From assembly GCF_009914755.1 (NCBI RefSeq), contig NC_060932.1: DNA of 64,000 nucleotides; one strand, written 5' to 3'. The position numbers and the translations under genes are program-made. Positions 14,135-26,196 of the stretch are shown piece by piece (the stretch's first letter is position 1; each line of letters starts with the position of its first letter). Below the pieces are notes generated by a model. That model ran no database searches. It was not told where the DNA came from and worked only from the letters and a program-made list of their open reading frames with translations. This stretch comes from the human T2T-CHM13v2.0 reference genome, Homo sapiens.

Positions 14135-14676
14135 ATTATTATTTTTTAAAATTAAAAGGTAAACTTTAATGTTGAAAATGCAAACTTGGGGAAGACAGAA
14201 AAGATCACACACAAGGCTGTCACTTCACACTTAGAAGGTTGCACAGCGGCCGGGCAGAGGTGCTCCTCACTTCCCAGACGGTGGGGCGGCCGGGCAGAGG
14301 CGCTCCTCACTTCCCAGATGGTGGGGCGGCCGGGCAGAGGCGCTCCTCACTTCCCAGACGGTGGGTAGCTGGGCAGAGGCGCTTCTCACATCCCAGATGG
14401 GGTGGCAGCCGGGCGGAGGCCCTCATCACTTCTAGACAGTTGGTGGCCAAGCAGAGGTGCTCCTCACTTCCCAGACGGTGGGGAGCTGGGTAGAGGCGCT
14501 CCTTACATCCCAGATGGGGCGGCGGCTGGGCAGAGGCACTCCTCACTTCCCAGACAGTGGGGAGCTGGGTAGAGGTGCTCCTCACATCCCAGATGGGGCA
14601 GCAGCCGGGCAGAGGGGCTCCTCACTTCCCAGTCAGGGTGGCTGGGCAGAGGCGCTCCTCACTTCCCAGACGGGGC
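14135..14676 (-). mobile_element. SVA2-type VNTR retroposon
   Basis: About 11 copies of a ~40-bp GC-rich unit (gcggccgggcagaggcgctcctcacttcccagacggtggg), a unique 3' segment (minus strand gtgcaaccttctaagtgtgaagtgacagccttgtgtgtgatc..ATTAAA), an A-rich tail and a perfect TSD ggcacagccaaaatt at 14120-14134 and 14677-14691; no Alu-like or SINE-R domain. Confidence 0.85.
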
Positions 14677-14792
14677 GGCACAGCCAAAATTCTGAGATGT
14701 TAAGATGTACGAAAATGTATACTTTAGAATAAAAGGTACAGAGTTGTGTGTCTGTGTTTACTTATAGTATATATCATAGGTGGGGCATTTAA

Positions 14793-15112
<320 letters not shown>

Positions 15113-15524
15113 CAGATATCTTAAAGATAAGCCCAGACTTTGTATTTCTGATTATTCGATCCCAAATGCCCAAATAACTCTGTGAGTTATTCCAGTTACT
15201 CACAGAGGTTCATAATTCACTTATCTCCCCTTCCCTGTTTGGCTTAAGTAAAGGAATCTCACATCAAAACAGGCAAATGTGGCGTGACCAATTTAAGATA
15301 AATATTTGATGTAAACACTGCACATTTTAAACAAGATGCATTATAGGTGATTGGGGGTTTTACATGGTGGAAAAGAAAACATATTTTGGCTACTTGGGAT
15401 TAATTGAAATGGACCTTTGGAAGACTTAAGTGCCCTTAAATAATGAGACTGCTTGGAGACTGTACTTTCTCATCTGACATCACATCTTCCAAGGTTACAA
15501 TTAAGGGCAGCGCTTTTCCTTAGT

Positions 15525-15838
15525 GCAGGCAAAGGCAAACTTATATTTCAGGTTTTGGGGGCCATATAGTCTCTATCGCAAGTATTTGACTTTCTGATGA
15601 AGCTGGAAAGCAGCTGTAGACAGTATATGTGAATGAATGTGGCTAAGTCCCGATAAAGCTTTACTTACAAACACTGAATTTTGAATTTCATATGATTTTC
15701 ACATGTCGCAAAACATTTTTCTTTTGAATTTTTTTTTCCTTCAACCATGAAATGACATTTAAAAACTTCTTAGCTCCCAGGCCATACAATAAAATGGTGA
15801 CAGGCCCTATTTGGCCCACATAGTTTACCAACCCCAGC
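15525..15838. mobile_element. MER58B-like hAT MITE
   Basis: ggcaaact..ggccatatagtctct..aaagcagctgtagaca..tagtttaccaacccc. Confidence 0.7.
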
Positions 15839-15891
15839 CTTACTAGAAATTTAGGCTGAGTTTTCTAGGCAACTGTAGGACAGCTATCTGA

Positions 15892-16306
<415 letters not shown>

Positions 16307-16374
16307 TAATCTTTGGGGTTTTTGTAAGGATATCTTTTTCCTGCAGAAGTTTTAGTGCTCCCTTATATAATATC

Positions 16375-16670
<296 letters not shown>

Positions 16671-16701
16671 TTACGTAATATCTGAATTAAAATTTACATT
16701 T

Positions 16702-16935
16702 GGCCGGGCCATCCGAGACCATCCTGGCCAACATGGTGAAACCCCGTCTCTACTAAAATACAAAAAATTAGCTGGCTATGGTGGTGTGTGCCTGTAGTCC
16801 CAGCTACTCAGGAGGCTGAGGCAGGGGAATCACTTGATCCTGGGGGGCAGAGATTGCAGTGAGCCAAGATTGCGCCATTGGACTGAGACTCCGTCTCAAA
16901 CCCACAAAAAACAAAACAACACAACAACAAAAACC
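16702..16935 (+). mobile_element. Alu with a left-arm internal deletion
   Basis: ggccgggcc joins directly to atccgagaccatcctggcc. Confidence 0.9.
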
Positions 16936-16985
16936 CAAAACTTATATTTAACAAACTATAGTGGAAAATAAATAAATCATTTGCT

Positions 16986-17273
16986 GGCCAGGCACAGTGG
17001 CTCACACCTGTAATCCCAGCGTTTGGGGAGGCTGAAGCGAGCAGGTCACCTGAGGTTAGGAGTTTGAGAGACCAGCCTGGCCAACACGGTGAAACTCTGT
17101 CTCTACTAGAAATACAAAAATTAGCCAGGTGTGGTGGCAGGTGCATGTAATCCCAGCTACTTGGGAGGCCGAGGCAGGAGAATGCCTTGAACCCAGGAGA
17201 CAGAGGTTGCATGAGCCAAGATTGCAGCATTGCACTCCAGCCTGGGGCAACAAGAGCGAAACTCCATCTCAAA

Positions 17274-17304
<31 letters not shown>

Positions 17305-17305
17305 A
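16986..17305 (+). mobile_element. Alu with (AAAT)n tail
   Basis: Alu consensus; TSD aaataaataaatcatttgct. Confidence 0.95.
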
Positions 17306-17609
17306 TCATTTGCTTACAAAACAGTTGCTAAAGTCTTGAAGAATAGTAGCTGAAGCTGTTATTTATATAGAATGTTACCTGCTGTCATTTATACAAAGAT
17401 CCATTCTATAAATTCCTATTTTAGTTTACTACCAGAAAAGAAACTGACATCTCCTCTTTCCCTTTTTGTCTATCTGTGTATATGTAGAAATAAAAACCTT
17501 ATAACCCAATAAATTTCCATTTTGCCTTATTTCTGGGTGATTTTAACACTCAGTTGTCTTATTTTGCGTGATGATTTTTGGGGGTGGGGGGAGCAGGATG
17601 GGGAGAGGG

Positions 17610-17887
17610 GGGTCTCTGTCATACTGGCTGGAGTGCAGTGGCATGATCATGACTCATTGCAGCCTCAACCCTCCAGGGCTCAAGTGATCCTCCTACCCCA
17701 GTCTCCCAAGTAGCTGGGATTACATGCACGTACCACCACACCCAGCTAATTTTTCTTTTTTGTTGTTGTTGAGATGGGGTCTTGCTATGTTGCCTAGGCT
17801 GGTCCTGAACTCCTGGGCTTAAACGATCTGCCTGCCTTGGCCTCCCAAAGTGCTGGGATTACAAATGTGAGCTTCTGCATCCCGCCA
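17610..17887 (-). mobile_element. AluJ-like element
   Basis: Alu consensus. Confidence 0.9.
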
Positions 17888-17889
17888 AT

Positions 17890-18000
17890 GCTGTTCTAAT
17901 GCTAGAACTCATTTCACAAGCAAAGAAGTTCAGCAGTGAGCTCATGCTTGTGGAATTCATTGGTGTTAACATGTTCCCACCATCCTGAAACAGCTTGCAT
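17890..18000 (+). mobile_element. Isolated ERV-L (class III) integrase fragment
   Basis: Translates as THFTSKEVQQ*AHACGIHWC*HVP then, after a frameshift, HPETA; resembles the recalled ERV-L integrase motif GTHFTAKEVRQWAHAHGIHWSYHVPHHPEAAG. Confidence 0.6.
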
Positions 18001-19304
18001 CCTAGGTCTGTAGTTTCCATTGGGGTTTTGGGTACTTCTAGATTACGTCTCATTGTGGAGGTGGGGTTTCACAAGACTGGAAGACTTCTGTATGAAAACA
18101 TGTCAGCTCCAAGGCAATGACTTCAAACAGCATGGTACTCCCCCTTGCTTTACTTAGTGTCTATACTGCACGTGTTCAGGCCCTACTTCCTTGTGTTGAA
18201 AGTCGCCTCTTTGACAAGTTGGGTTGTTTCCCAGGCCTTTGCAGAAGCTCATAGGTAAAAGCTTGCAACTCATCTGCCAGCTGGGAAGGCCGAAGGAATG
18301 GGTAGTCTTTGCCTGCCCACATCCTCAGGCTGAAAGCTTCCCCATGATGACTGACTTCCTCTTTCCATTTTGACTGCCATGATTATCTTTTTATTTTTAA
18401 AATGTTGCTTTTAACACCATATTGCACACACATCCCTAAAAATCATAGAATCAAAAGGTTTTTTAATCGTCCCGTCACTCCCTCCCCCATCCTCCACTTT
18501 TTCACCCCAGCAGAAAGCACCCTCAACTCTTTCACTCATTTCTTCTGTACTTACCTTCATATTTAAAAGTAATAGTCTGCTTTGCTAGTTGCTGATGATC
18601 AATGTGAGATGCCTTTTGAATAGGATGTAACTCTCACTCTTCCATTTTCTCCGCTGCTTTATCCTCCTCGTGTAGTTTCATCACATTTTGCCTGCATCAT
18701 CAGCTAGTGTTTACTTTGCCTTTGCGAATTTATGATATTGTTCAGTGCAGAGTTCTGTAGTGTACATTCCCTTTCTCATACAACTCTTGATTTTCCCAAA
18801 CTAACACTTGCTTTGTTTTTTTTTGATCCTAAGTTGTTTTTTTTTTTAAACTTTTACCTAGTCCCAGGCTTTTCTAAGTGGCTATCAAACCTGTCAGTTT
18901 ATTAATATTAACTATTAATAATGCTGTTTTCCAAAGGTTTGATTCTATAAGACACTTCATCAGTTCTCTTTCCTGAGACTTCTCCTCACCCCGTTCCAGG
19001 CCAGACAAGGGGCCACACAGTTGTCATCTGGGCATTGATTTCCTTATAGCTTTACCTCACCCTTCTTAGGACCTTGAACAGACTTATGGTGCAATTACCT
19101 TGTGCTTTATACTGCCCCCACACCCAGTGTTAGACCTCAAAATCTCCAAGGATGGTTCTTTGAGGGTCTCATGGAAGCTCTAGACACCCTCCCCAGGAAA
19201 ATAAACACATAGATGGAAAATTTGGCCTGCAATTTCAGGGAACTGGTAGATCCTTGCAGTCCCTTTGTGGATCCCCAAGAACCCATGATCACAATCAGCA
19301 TATC

Positions 19305-19650
19305 TTTTTTTTTCTTTCTTTTCTCTTTTCCTTCCTTTTCCTTTTCCCCCCCCTTCCACTCCCCTCCCCTCCCCTCCCCTCCCCTCCCCTCCCCTCCCCT
19401 CCCCTTCCCTTCGACAGGGTCTTGCTCTGTCACCCAGGTTGGAGTGCAGTGGTACGATCGTGTTTCACTGCAGCCTCAACTCCTTGGGCTCAGTCTTCCC
19501 ACCTTAGCCTCCTAAGGCTAATTTTTGTATTTTTTGTAGAGACAGGGTCTTGCTATGTTGTCCACACTGTTCTGGAACTCCTGAGGTCAAGCAATCCTCC
19601 TGCTTTGGCTTCCAAAAGTGTTGGAGTTACAGGTGTGAGCCACCGCACCA
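19305..19650 (-). mobile_element. AluJ-like element with (CCCCT)n / pyrimidine-rich tail
   Basis: CCCCT repeat at ~19358-19405 adjoining the Alu. Confidence 0.88.
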
Positions 19651-19827
19651 ACACAATCATATCTTTTAACGTTTTGTGATATATTTTTATGAATGTCTGA
19701 AGACCCTTGTGTAATTTATACTTCATATTTTGGGAAATGTAATGCTAGCAACAGTAGAATTCTAAATAAGCCTATAGTGACTTAACTAATATTACAGTAA
19801 AAGTTCAGTTCTAACCAGAGTATCCAA

Positions 19828-20126
19828 TTTTTTTTTTTTTTTTTTGAGATGGAGTTTCGCTCTTGTTGCCCAGGCTGGAGTGCAATGCGCGATCTCAGCT
19901 CACCACAGCCACCGCCTCCCGGGTTCAAGCAATCCTACTGCGTCAGCCTCCCGAGTAGCTGGGATTACAGGCATGCGCCACCACGCCCAGCTAACTTTGT
20001 ATTTTTAGTAGAAACGGGGTTTCTCCATGTTAGTCAGGCTGGTCTTGAACTCTCGACCTCAGGTGATCTGCCCACCTCAGTCTCCCAGAGTACTGGAATT
20101 ACAGGCGTGAGCCACTGTGTCAGGCC
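19828..20126 (-). mobile_element. Alu (AluSp-like)
   Basis: Alu consensus. Confidence 0.95.
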
Positions 20127-20237
20127 TAAATATTTTCTATTTTTACCAATAAATAGTTCTTCCCTCCTGAGCATTTTGTTATTTATTATTATTTGATGGA
20201 GTGCATTCATTTTTCCCAAAAATATTTTAAAATTTAA

Positions 20238-20360
20238 ATAGAGATGGAGTCTTGCTATTTTGCCCAGGGTAGTCTGGAACTCATGGGTTCAAACATAGAC
20301 CCACCTCACTCAACTTCCCAGACTGTTGGGATTATAGGCATGAGCTACTGTACCCAGCCA
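20238..20360 (-). mobile_element. Alu monomer (FLAM-like)
   Basis: Left-arm-only Alu. Confidence 0.8.
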
Positions 20361-21474
20361 GTTTCCCCAAATTATTAATGTCTTGTGGATTTTTGCCTAG
20401 TTGGAATCACTTTTATTCTAGGATGTCAGATTTTGCAACCTTTGATTTATTTCTCCCCCCAACTGTTCTATATGTTGATGTAGCTGAGAAGAATGAAGTT
20501 ACCTCTGGTAACACTCTGAATCTTTGTTAAGTTGAATTGAAATGAATGATGAGTTTCTTTCCCACATGTTATGTAGGCTGTCACCTAGCATGACAACTTC
20601 AATAGAAGAGACATTATATATAGATAGAGAGCAGTCTTCCTAATGAACTTCTGAGGTCATTAGCAAGAGGGATTTTTCCTTTTGTGTGGAAGAGAGTTCC
20701 ACTGTCATTCAGCCATTCCGTAGCTGAACTCATGTTAAAACCAACTGCAAGAAACTGAACTTAGATTAGAATTTGGTTGTATTAAGCATTGCTTGACCTA
20801 AAGCAGTCTGTGGTTGCGGTTTTAAACTCTTGAGTATGTTTATCTAGGTGCTCCTTGAGTAGCTGCTGCTTGTCAGGAAGTGACTTCAGAAATAGGACAT
20901 GACCTATATTCTTAGTTCTCAGAGATTATTTTTGGTCATTCATTGTGAATGGTTAAGTTTTTAAAACAAAAAGAGTGGTTTTAACTAACACCAGCTTCCA
21001 CAAATGTCAAAATAATAGAGTTGTCACCAGTTTTGTTCTATGGCATCTTGATGGGCACATCCCATGTTCATTGATCTCCTATAGTTATTTTCTCAGATTT
21101 TAGTATACTTGACTGATCCTTGTAGAAAAGAAAAATAGCAAGTGTTTGTAGTGAATATACTGCAGTAGAAACTGTGGCAATGCTTCCTTCACCAACCCTT
21201 CTAATAATATCAGCATCACTTAGATACAAAGATGATGCTGCCCCTACAAGGATTTAAAACTAGTCCCACGTGGAGAACCTTTGAAAGTAGTCCAAAGGCG
21301 TCATCTGGAGAATATTTTGCAATCAGTATTTAGTATGTGTTGAAGGAAAAGTGAAAACAAGGGAGGGTGTCAGAAACTTTAATGAAAGGAGAAATTCTTC
21401 TCCAGGCATCTTAAGCTTTGGATTAAGGGTCCAAGGCAATAGAATATTTGAAAGAAAAGACTATCAAGATATTA

Positions 21475-21781
<307 letters not shown>

Positions 21782-22018
21782 TTAAAATGTTGATTTAAAA
21801 TGAAACTTTAAAACGAGTTTGAAGATGAATAATAAGAAATAGTGACAGACCGCCAAATGTAATGTGAAAGTTTTATTTTGACAAAAGGCAGATTTGCAGC
21901 ACCATTTTTTTTTTCAAGAATATCTTATGTTAATCTTCTGTGAACATTTTGGAGATTTTGATTTGAATATTGTGTTTTGCCTAGAAAAAAAAATGGTGGG
22001 TGTGATAGCTGATTTTTA

Positions 22019-22159
<141 letters not shown>

Positions 22160-23099
22160 TTAAACATTTAAGTAACTCTACTGTGTTTTAGGATAATTTA
22201 TCTAAAGATAAGTATATGAATCAGTTAATTGTTTAATGCAGTGGTGGGGCATTGTGGTGAAGCTCAGTCTTGCTAAAATTAATATTTCTGGTGCGGTCAC
22301 AGCTGTTTCCACTTGTTATAAGTTGCTGTATCTAATGCACACACACGTATGTGCGCTGGGGGCTCAGTCCTAAAGTCAAATATGCACACGCAGAGAAGAC
22401 AGCTGTTGCTTTGTTTTAGAGAATACTTTTTTCTTCCCGCAGCTCAAGCTGACACTTTTGGAATTGCTAGTGGAGATGCTGTTGTTAGATACTGGCTAGA
22501 ACTTGTCAAGGTCGACCATGAGGCTCTCTTCATGTGCTGACCTGTGCCTATCTTTCCAACTTCATCTCTGCAACATTCTCCCTTCAGTGTTCACTGTAGC
22601 AAACACCTTGCAGTTCCCAGAAAGTGCCCTGTGTCCTGCTTTCCTCTTAACTCCCTACTGGAATGTCATCCTCTTTACTGCACACCTGGTCATCCTACTG
22701 AGAGGCCTTCCTTGACTCCCTAGCCTAAATTGGTTGTCCTTGTCTGTTCTTTCCTAACTTGTCTGCATCCACACATTGCTCATGTTGAGTTTTACCTGTG
22801 TCTGCCTTCTGCTAGATTGCAGGCCCCTGAACAGACAGTGACATGTTTTCAGGTTCAAGTCGCTGTGACTGAGTTCCCTGGACACCTAGGTGCTCAGTGG
22901 GTGCTGGTTTGTTGGACTTAGTTTCCTGCTGTGCTTCCTTACCTCAGGCATGTGTTCTGTACTGAGTGTATCTTGCCTACTCCATTCCTTTTCCACGTGG
23001 GCAACGCTGAACATTTGCCCCAGACTCTGTATCTTGGTTAATACCTGACATATAAAGTATTTAGCACATAGGCAAAGATCACTACCTCTTTCAGGAACA

Positions 23100-23680
23100 A
23101 AGGCCGGCTGGCGGGTGCGACTCTGGCGCATTGCCTTTGCCTGTGTGTTGCTGGCCAGTTATCGGCTTCTTGCATCACAGCTCCAGAGTCCCATTTAGCT
23201 TGACATGGGCTGGGCCTTGCAGATACTCCTCCTTCACCTCCTGACCCTGTTCAGCCAGGCCAGTAGGGGGCACTGGAGGAGGAAAGCCGCCACCCCCCCT
23301 CCTCCACCCCCCTGCCCGCCTGCCCGCCCCCGGTTCCTGTGTGTTTCTGCAGTGTTCAGATCTTGCTGGCAGTGCTCCCCAGGGCCCAGTGCGAGCGGAG
23401 ACAGCGGTGGCAGCGCCTCTCAGGCGGTTTCCAGAGCGGGCCGTGGCTCCCGGGAACGGCTTCCCGCAGGTGATTCTGTGCACACTGGCCTCTACCTGGT
23501 TCAGCGGGAAGCCTCTCCACTGTCCAATGGGCTTCAGCCACACCCTCCCTAGCCGTGTCTCAGCCCAGCCTTGGGGACCTCTGTTCTAGCTTGTTCCGTC
23601 CCTGAGTGCCGTACTTCAATCTTCTTATCCATTAGTGCTCTTTCCCCGCCATGAGTCAGTTCCCGGTTCCTCAGTCTCCT
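23100..23680. promoter_or_regulatory. Intragenic GC/CpG-rich element with a CTCF-like motif and an AP-1 site
   Basis: GGCCAGTAGGGGGCACTG at 23258-23275 matches the CTCF core; TGAGTCA at 23652-23658; GC boxes; CpGs locally retained outside any recognised repeat. Confidence 0.55.
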
Positions 23681-23965
23681 GTTAATAATTCTTCATGAAA
23701 CTATATTCACATCACTGTGTGGCTTCTGTGTTCTGACTGGACCCTAGCCAGTACAGGTGCCCTCTGCCTAGGCAGCTGAAGGAACCATACAGGCTTTTCG
23801 GGGGCCGGCCTAAGTGGCACCTCCGTCACTCCGCAAACATCTGAGTTCCTGCTGTCGGATAGGCACTGGCCCACCCTCGAGGAAGTGAGACCTGGCTTCA
23901 GCCCCACAGGAGCTCCAAGACTGGGAGGAGAGAAGTAATGAAGTGTGTAGAGCTGGAGAGGAGGG

Positions 23966-23989
23966 GTGTGTGTGTGTGTGTGTGTGTGT
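23966..23989. repeat. (TG)n microsatellite
   Basis: Direct reading. Confidence 0.95.
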
Positions 23990-24896
23990 TTGGGAGAGTG
24001 CAATGTGACAAAAACTTAACAAAATTTTAGTGTGGTTCTAGTAGGAGCTAAAGGGACAGATAAATGAAAATTAACAAAATTGATGAATACCACTTTAAGC
24101 ATAAGTGATATCCCTGATAGAAAATCTAACCAAGTGTGGTTTTGTTTGTGAATAGTCTTTCCCTTTCCACAAATCACTTGAGGTGGGTGAGGTTTTGTTT
24201 TGTCTTCTCATCTCTGAACTCCTAAAGGGCAGGGACTGTCTTTTGTCTCAATTATCTTATACTCACAATGACTATTACATACTAGATGCATAATAAATGT
24301 TAGTTTACTGAATGAAGGGTGATATAACTATTCTGTATTCCATTTTCTACTCCAAGAAAGCCGAAATCAGCCAGTGTATAGACCGCCAACTCTGAGGTAT
24401 CCTTATTTCATAGACATGGAAACTGATGTTAAGGAACTTACCCAAGGCTACGCTGATAAAATGTGACTGACCCAGGCTTTGAATCCAGGCTGATACCAAA
24501 AGCTTGGCGTTTTCACTGCACTTTGCAGTTCTCACCATGAGTGGTTACTGTAGTCAATCAAGTGCCTGCCCTATTTGTGTGTGCACATGGACACACTCAC
24601 CTAGGGGTCTTTTTTCCTCTTCAGAGCCATCACCATTTCTTTTAGAGTCACCGACCTCTGGCCATCCAGCTACACATGGACAGGGTTAGAAAAACTCAAG
24701 GCTTGAGAGTCGCTCTCCATTTGCTCCTTTAAGGATTCAAAAAGTCTTTTAATGAAGTGTATCCACTTGCTAGAAAATTGAACTTGGTACAAGTTGTGGA
24801 ACATGTTTAGTTGCATAAAAGTTCAGTAAAAGCTAAACCTCGGGGAACGTGTGTGCTCTTCAAACATTAACTCTTGCCGTCCCTCTTTCTTCTCAG

Positions 24897-24974
24897 GTGC
24901 TGCTACCCCCGTATGATGATGCCACTGTGAATGGTGCTGCCAAGGAGCCACCGCCACCTTACGTGTCTGCCTAA
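24897..24974 (+). CDS. LAPTM4B: LAPTM4B terminal coding exon (cytosolic C-tail with LPPY and PPPY motifs)
   Basis: Acceptor AG at 24895-24896; phase-0 translation VLLPPYDDATVNGAAKEPPPPYVSA*, the recalled C-terminus of lysosomal protein transmembrane 4 beta. Confidence 0.96.
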   Translation: MLLPPYDDATVNGAAKEPPPPYVSA

Positions 24975-25332
24975 GCCTTCAAGTGGGCGGAGCTGAGGGC
25001 AGCAGCTTGACTTTGCAGACATCTGAGCAATAGTTCTGTTATTTCACTTTTGCCATGAGCCTCTCTGAGCTTGTTTGTTGCTGAAATGCTACTTTTTAAA
25101 ATTTAGATGTTAGATTGAAAACTGTAGTTTTCAACATATGCTTTGCTGGAACACTGTGATAGATTAACTGTAGAATTCTTCCTGTACGATTGGGGATATA
25201 ATGGGCTTCACTAACCTTCCCTAGGCATTGAAACTTCCCCCAAATCTGATGGACCTAGAAGTCTGCTTTTGTACCTGCTGGGCCCCAAAGTTGGGCATTT
25301 TTCTCTCTGTTCCCTCTCTTTTGAAAATGTAA

Positions 25333-25338
25333 AATAAA
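25333..25338 (+). terminator. LAPTM4B: Proximal poly(A) signal AATAAA
   Basis: Canonical hexamer ~360 nt after the stop codon. Confidence 0.6.
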
Positions 25339-26073
25339 ACCAAAAATAGACAACTTTTTCTTCAGCCATTCCAGCATAGAGAACAAAACCTTATGGAAAC
25401 AGGAATGTCAATTGTGTAATCATTGTTCTAATTAGGTAAATAGAAGTCCTTATGTATGTGTTACAAGAATTTCCCCCACAACATCCTTTATGACTGAAGT
25501 TCAATGACAGTTTGTGTTTGGTGGTAAAGGATTTTCTCCATGGCCTGAATTAAGACCATTAGAAAGCACCAGGCCGTGGGAGCAGTGACCATCTGCTGAC
25601 TGTTCTTGTGGATCTTGTGTCCAGGGACATGGGGTGACATGCCTCGTATGTGTTAGAGGGTGGAATGGATGTGTTTGGCGCTGCATGGGATCTGGTGCCC
25701 CTCTTCTCCTGGATTCACATCCCCACCCAGGGCCCGCTTTTACTAAGTGTTCTGCCCTAGATTGGTTCAAGGAGGTCATCCAACTGACTTTATCAAGTGG
25801 AATTGGGATATATTTGATATACTTCTGCCTAACAACATGGAAAAGGGTTTTCTTTTCCCTGCAAGCTACATCCTACTGCTTTGAACTTCCAAGTATGTCT
25901 AGTCACCTTTTAAAATGTAAACATTTTCAGAAAAATGAGGATTGCCTTCCTTGTATGCGCTTTTTACCTTGACTACCTGAATTGCAAGGGATTTTTATAT
26001 ATTCATATGTTACAAAGTCAGCAACTCTCCTGTTGGTTCATTATTGAATGTGCTGTAAATTAAGTTGTTTGCA

Positions 26074-26079
26074 ATTAAA
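26074..26079 (+). terminator. LAPTM4B: Distal poly(A) signal ATTAAA
   Basis: Hexamer followed by CA dinucleotides and a GT-rich downstream element (ttgtgattttgtgctgattgtgt). Confidence 0.75.
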
Positions 26080-26196
26080 ACAAGGTTTGCCCACATCCAA
26101 GATGACCTTGTGATTTTGTGCTGATTGTGTCTGAGGACCTTTCCCTCCACATATGGTCTGGCAGATGCACCCAGTTCAGCCTAAGGAGTAGGCTTT

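Larger units (their letters stand above)
24975..26095 (+). other. LAPTM4B: LAPTM4B 3'UTR
   Basis: Repeat-free sequence after the stop, with two poly(A) signals; end position approximate. Confidence 0.8.

Noticed and set aside
14246-14676. 40-bp repeat array as a CRISPR array, or as a repeat protein (ORFs 14186-14732)
   Set aside because: Units are contiguous with no unique spacers and no cas genes; TSD and tail identify a VNTR retroposon, and the ORFs are by-products of GC-rich repeats
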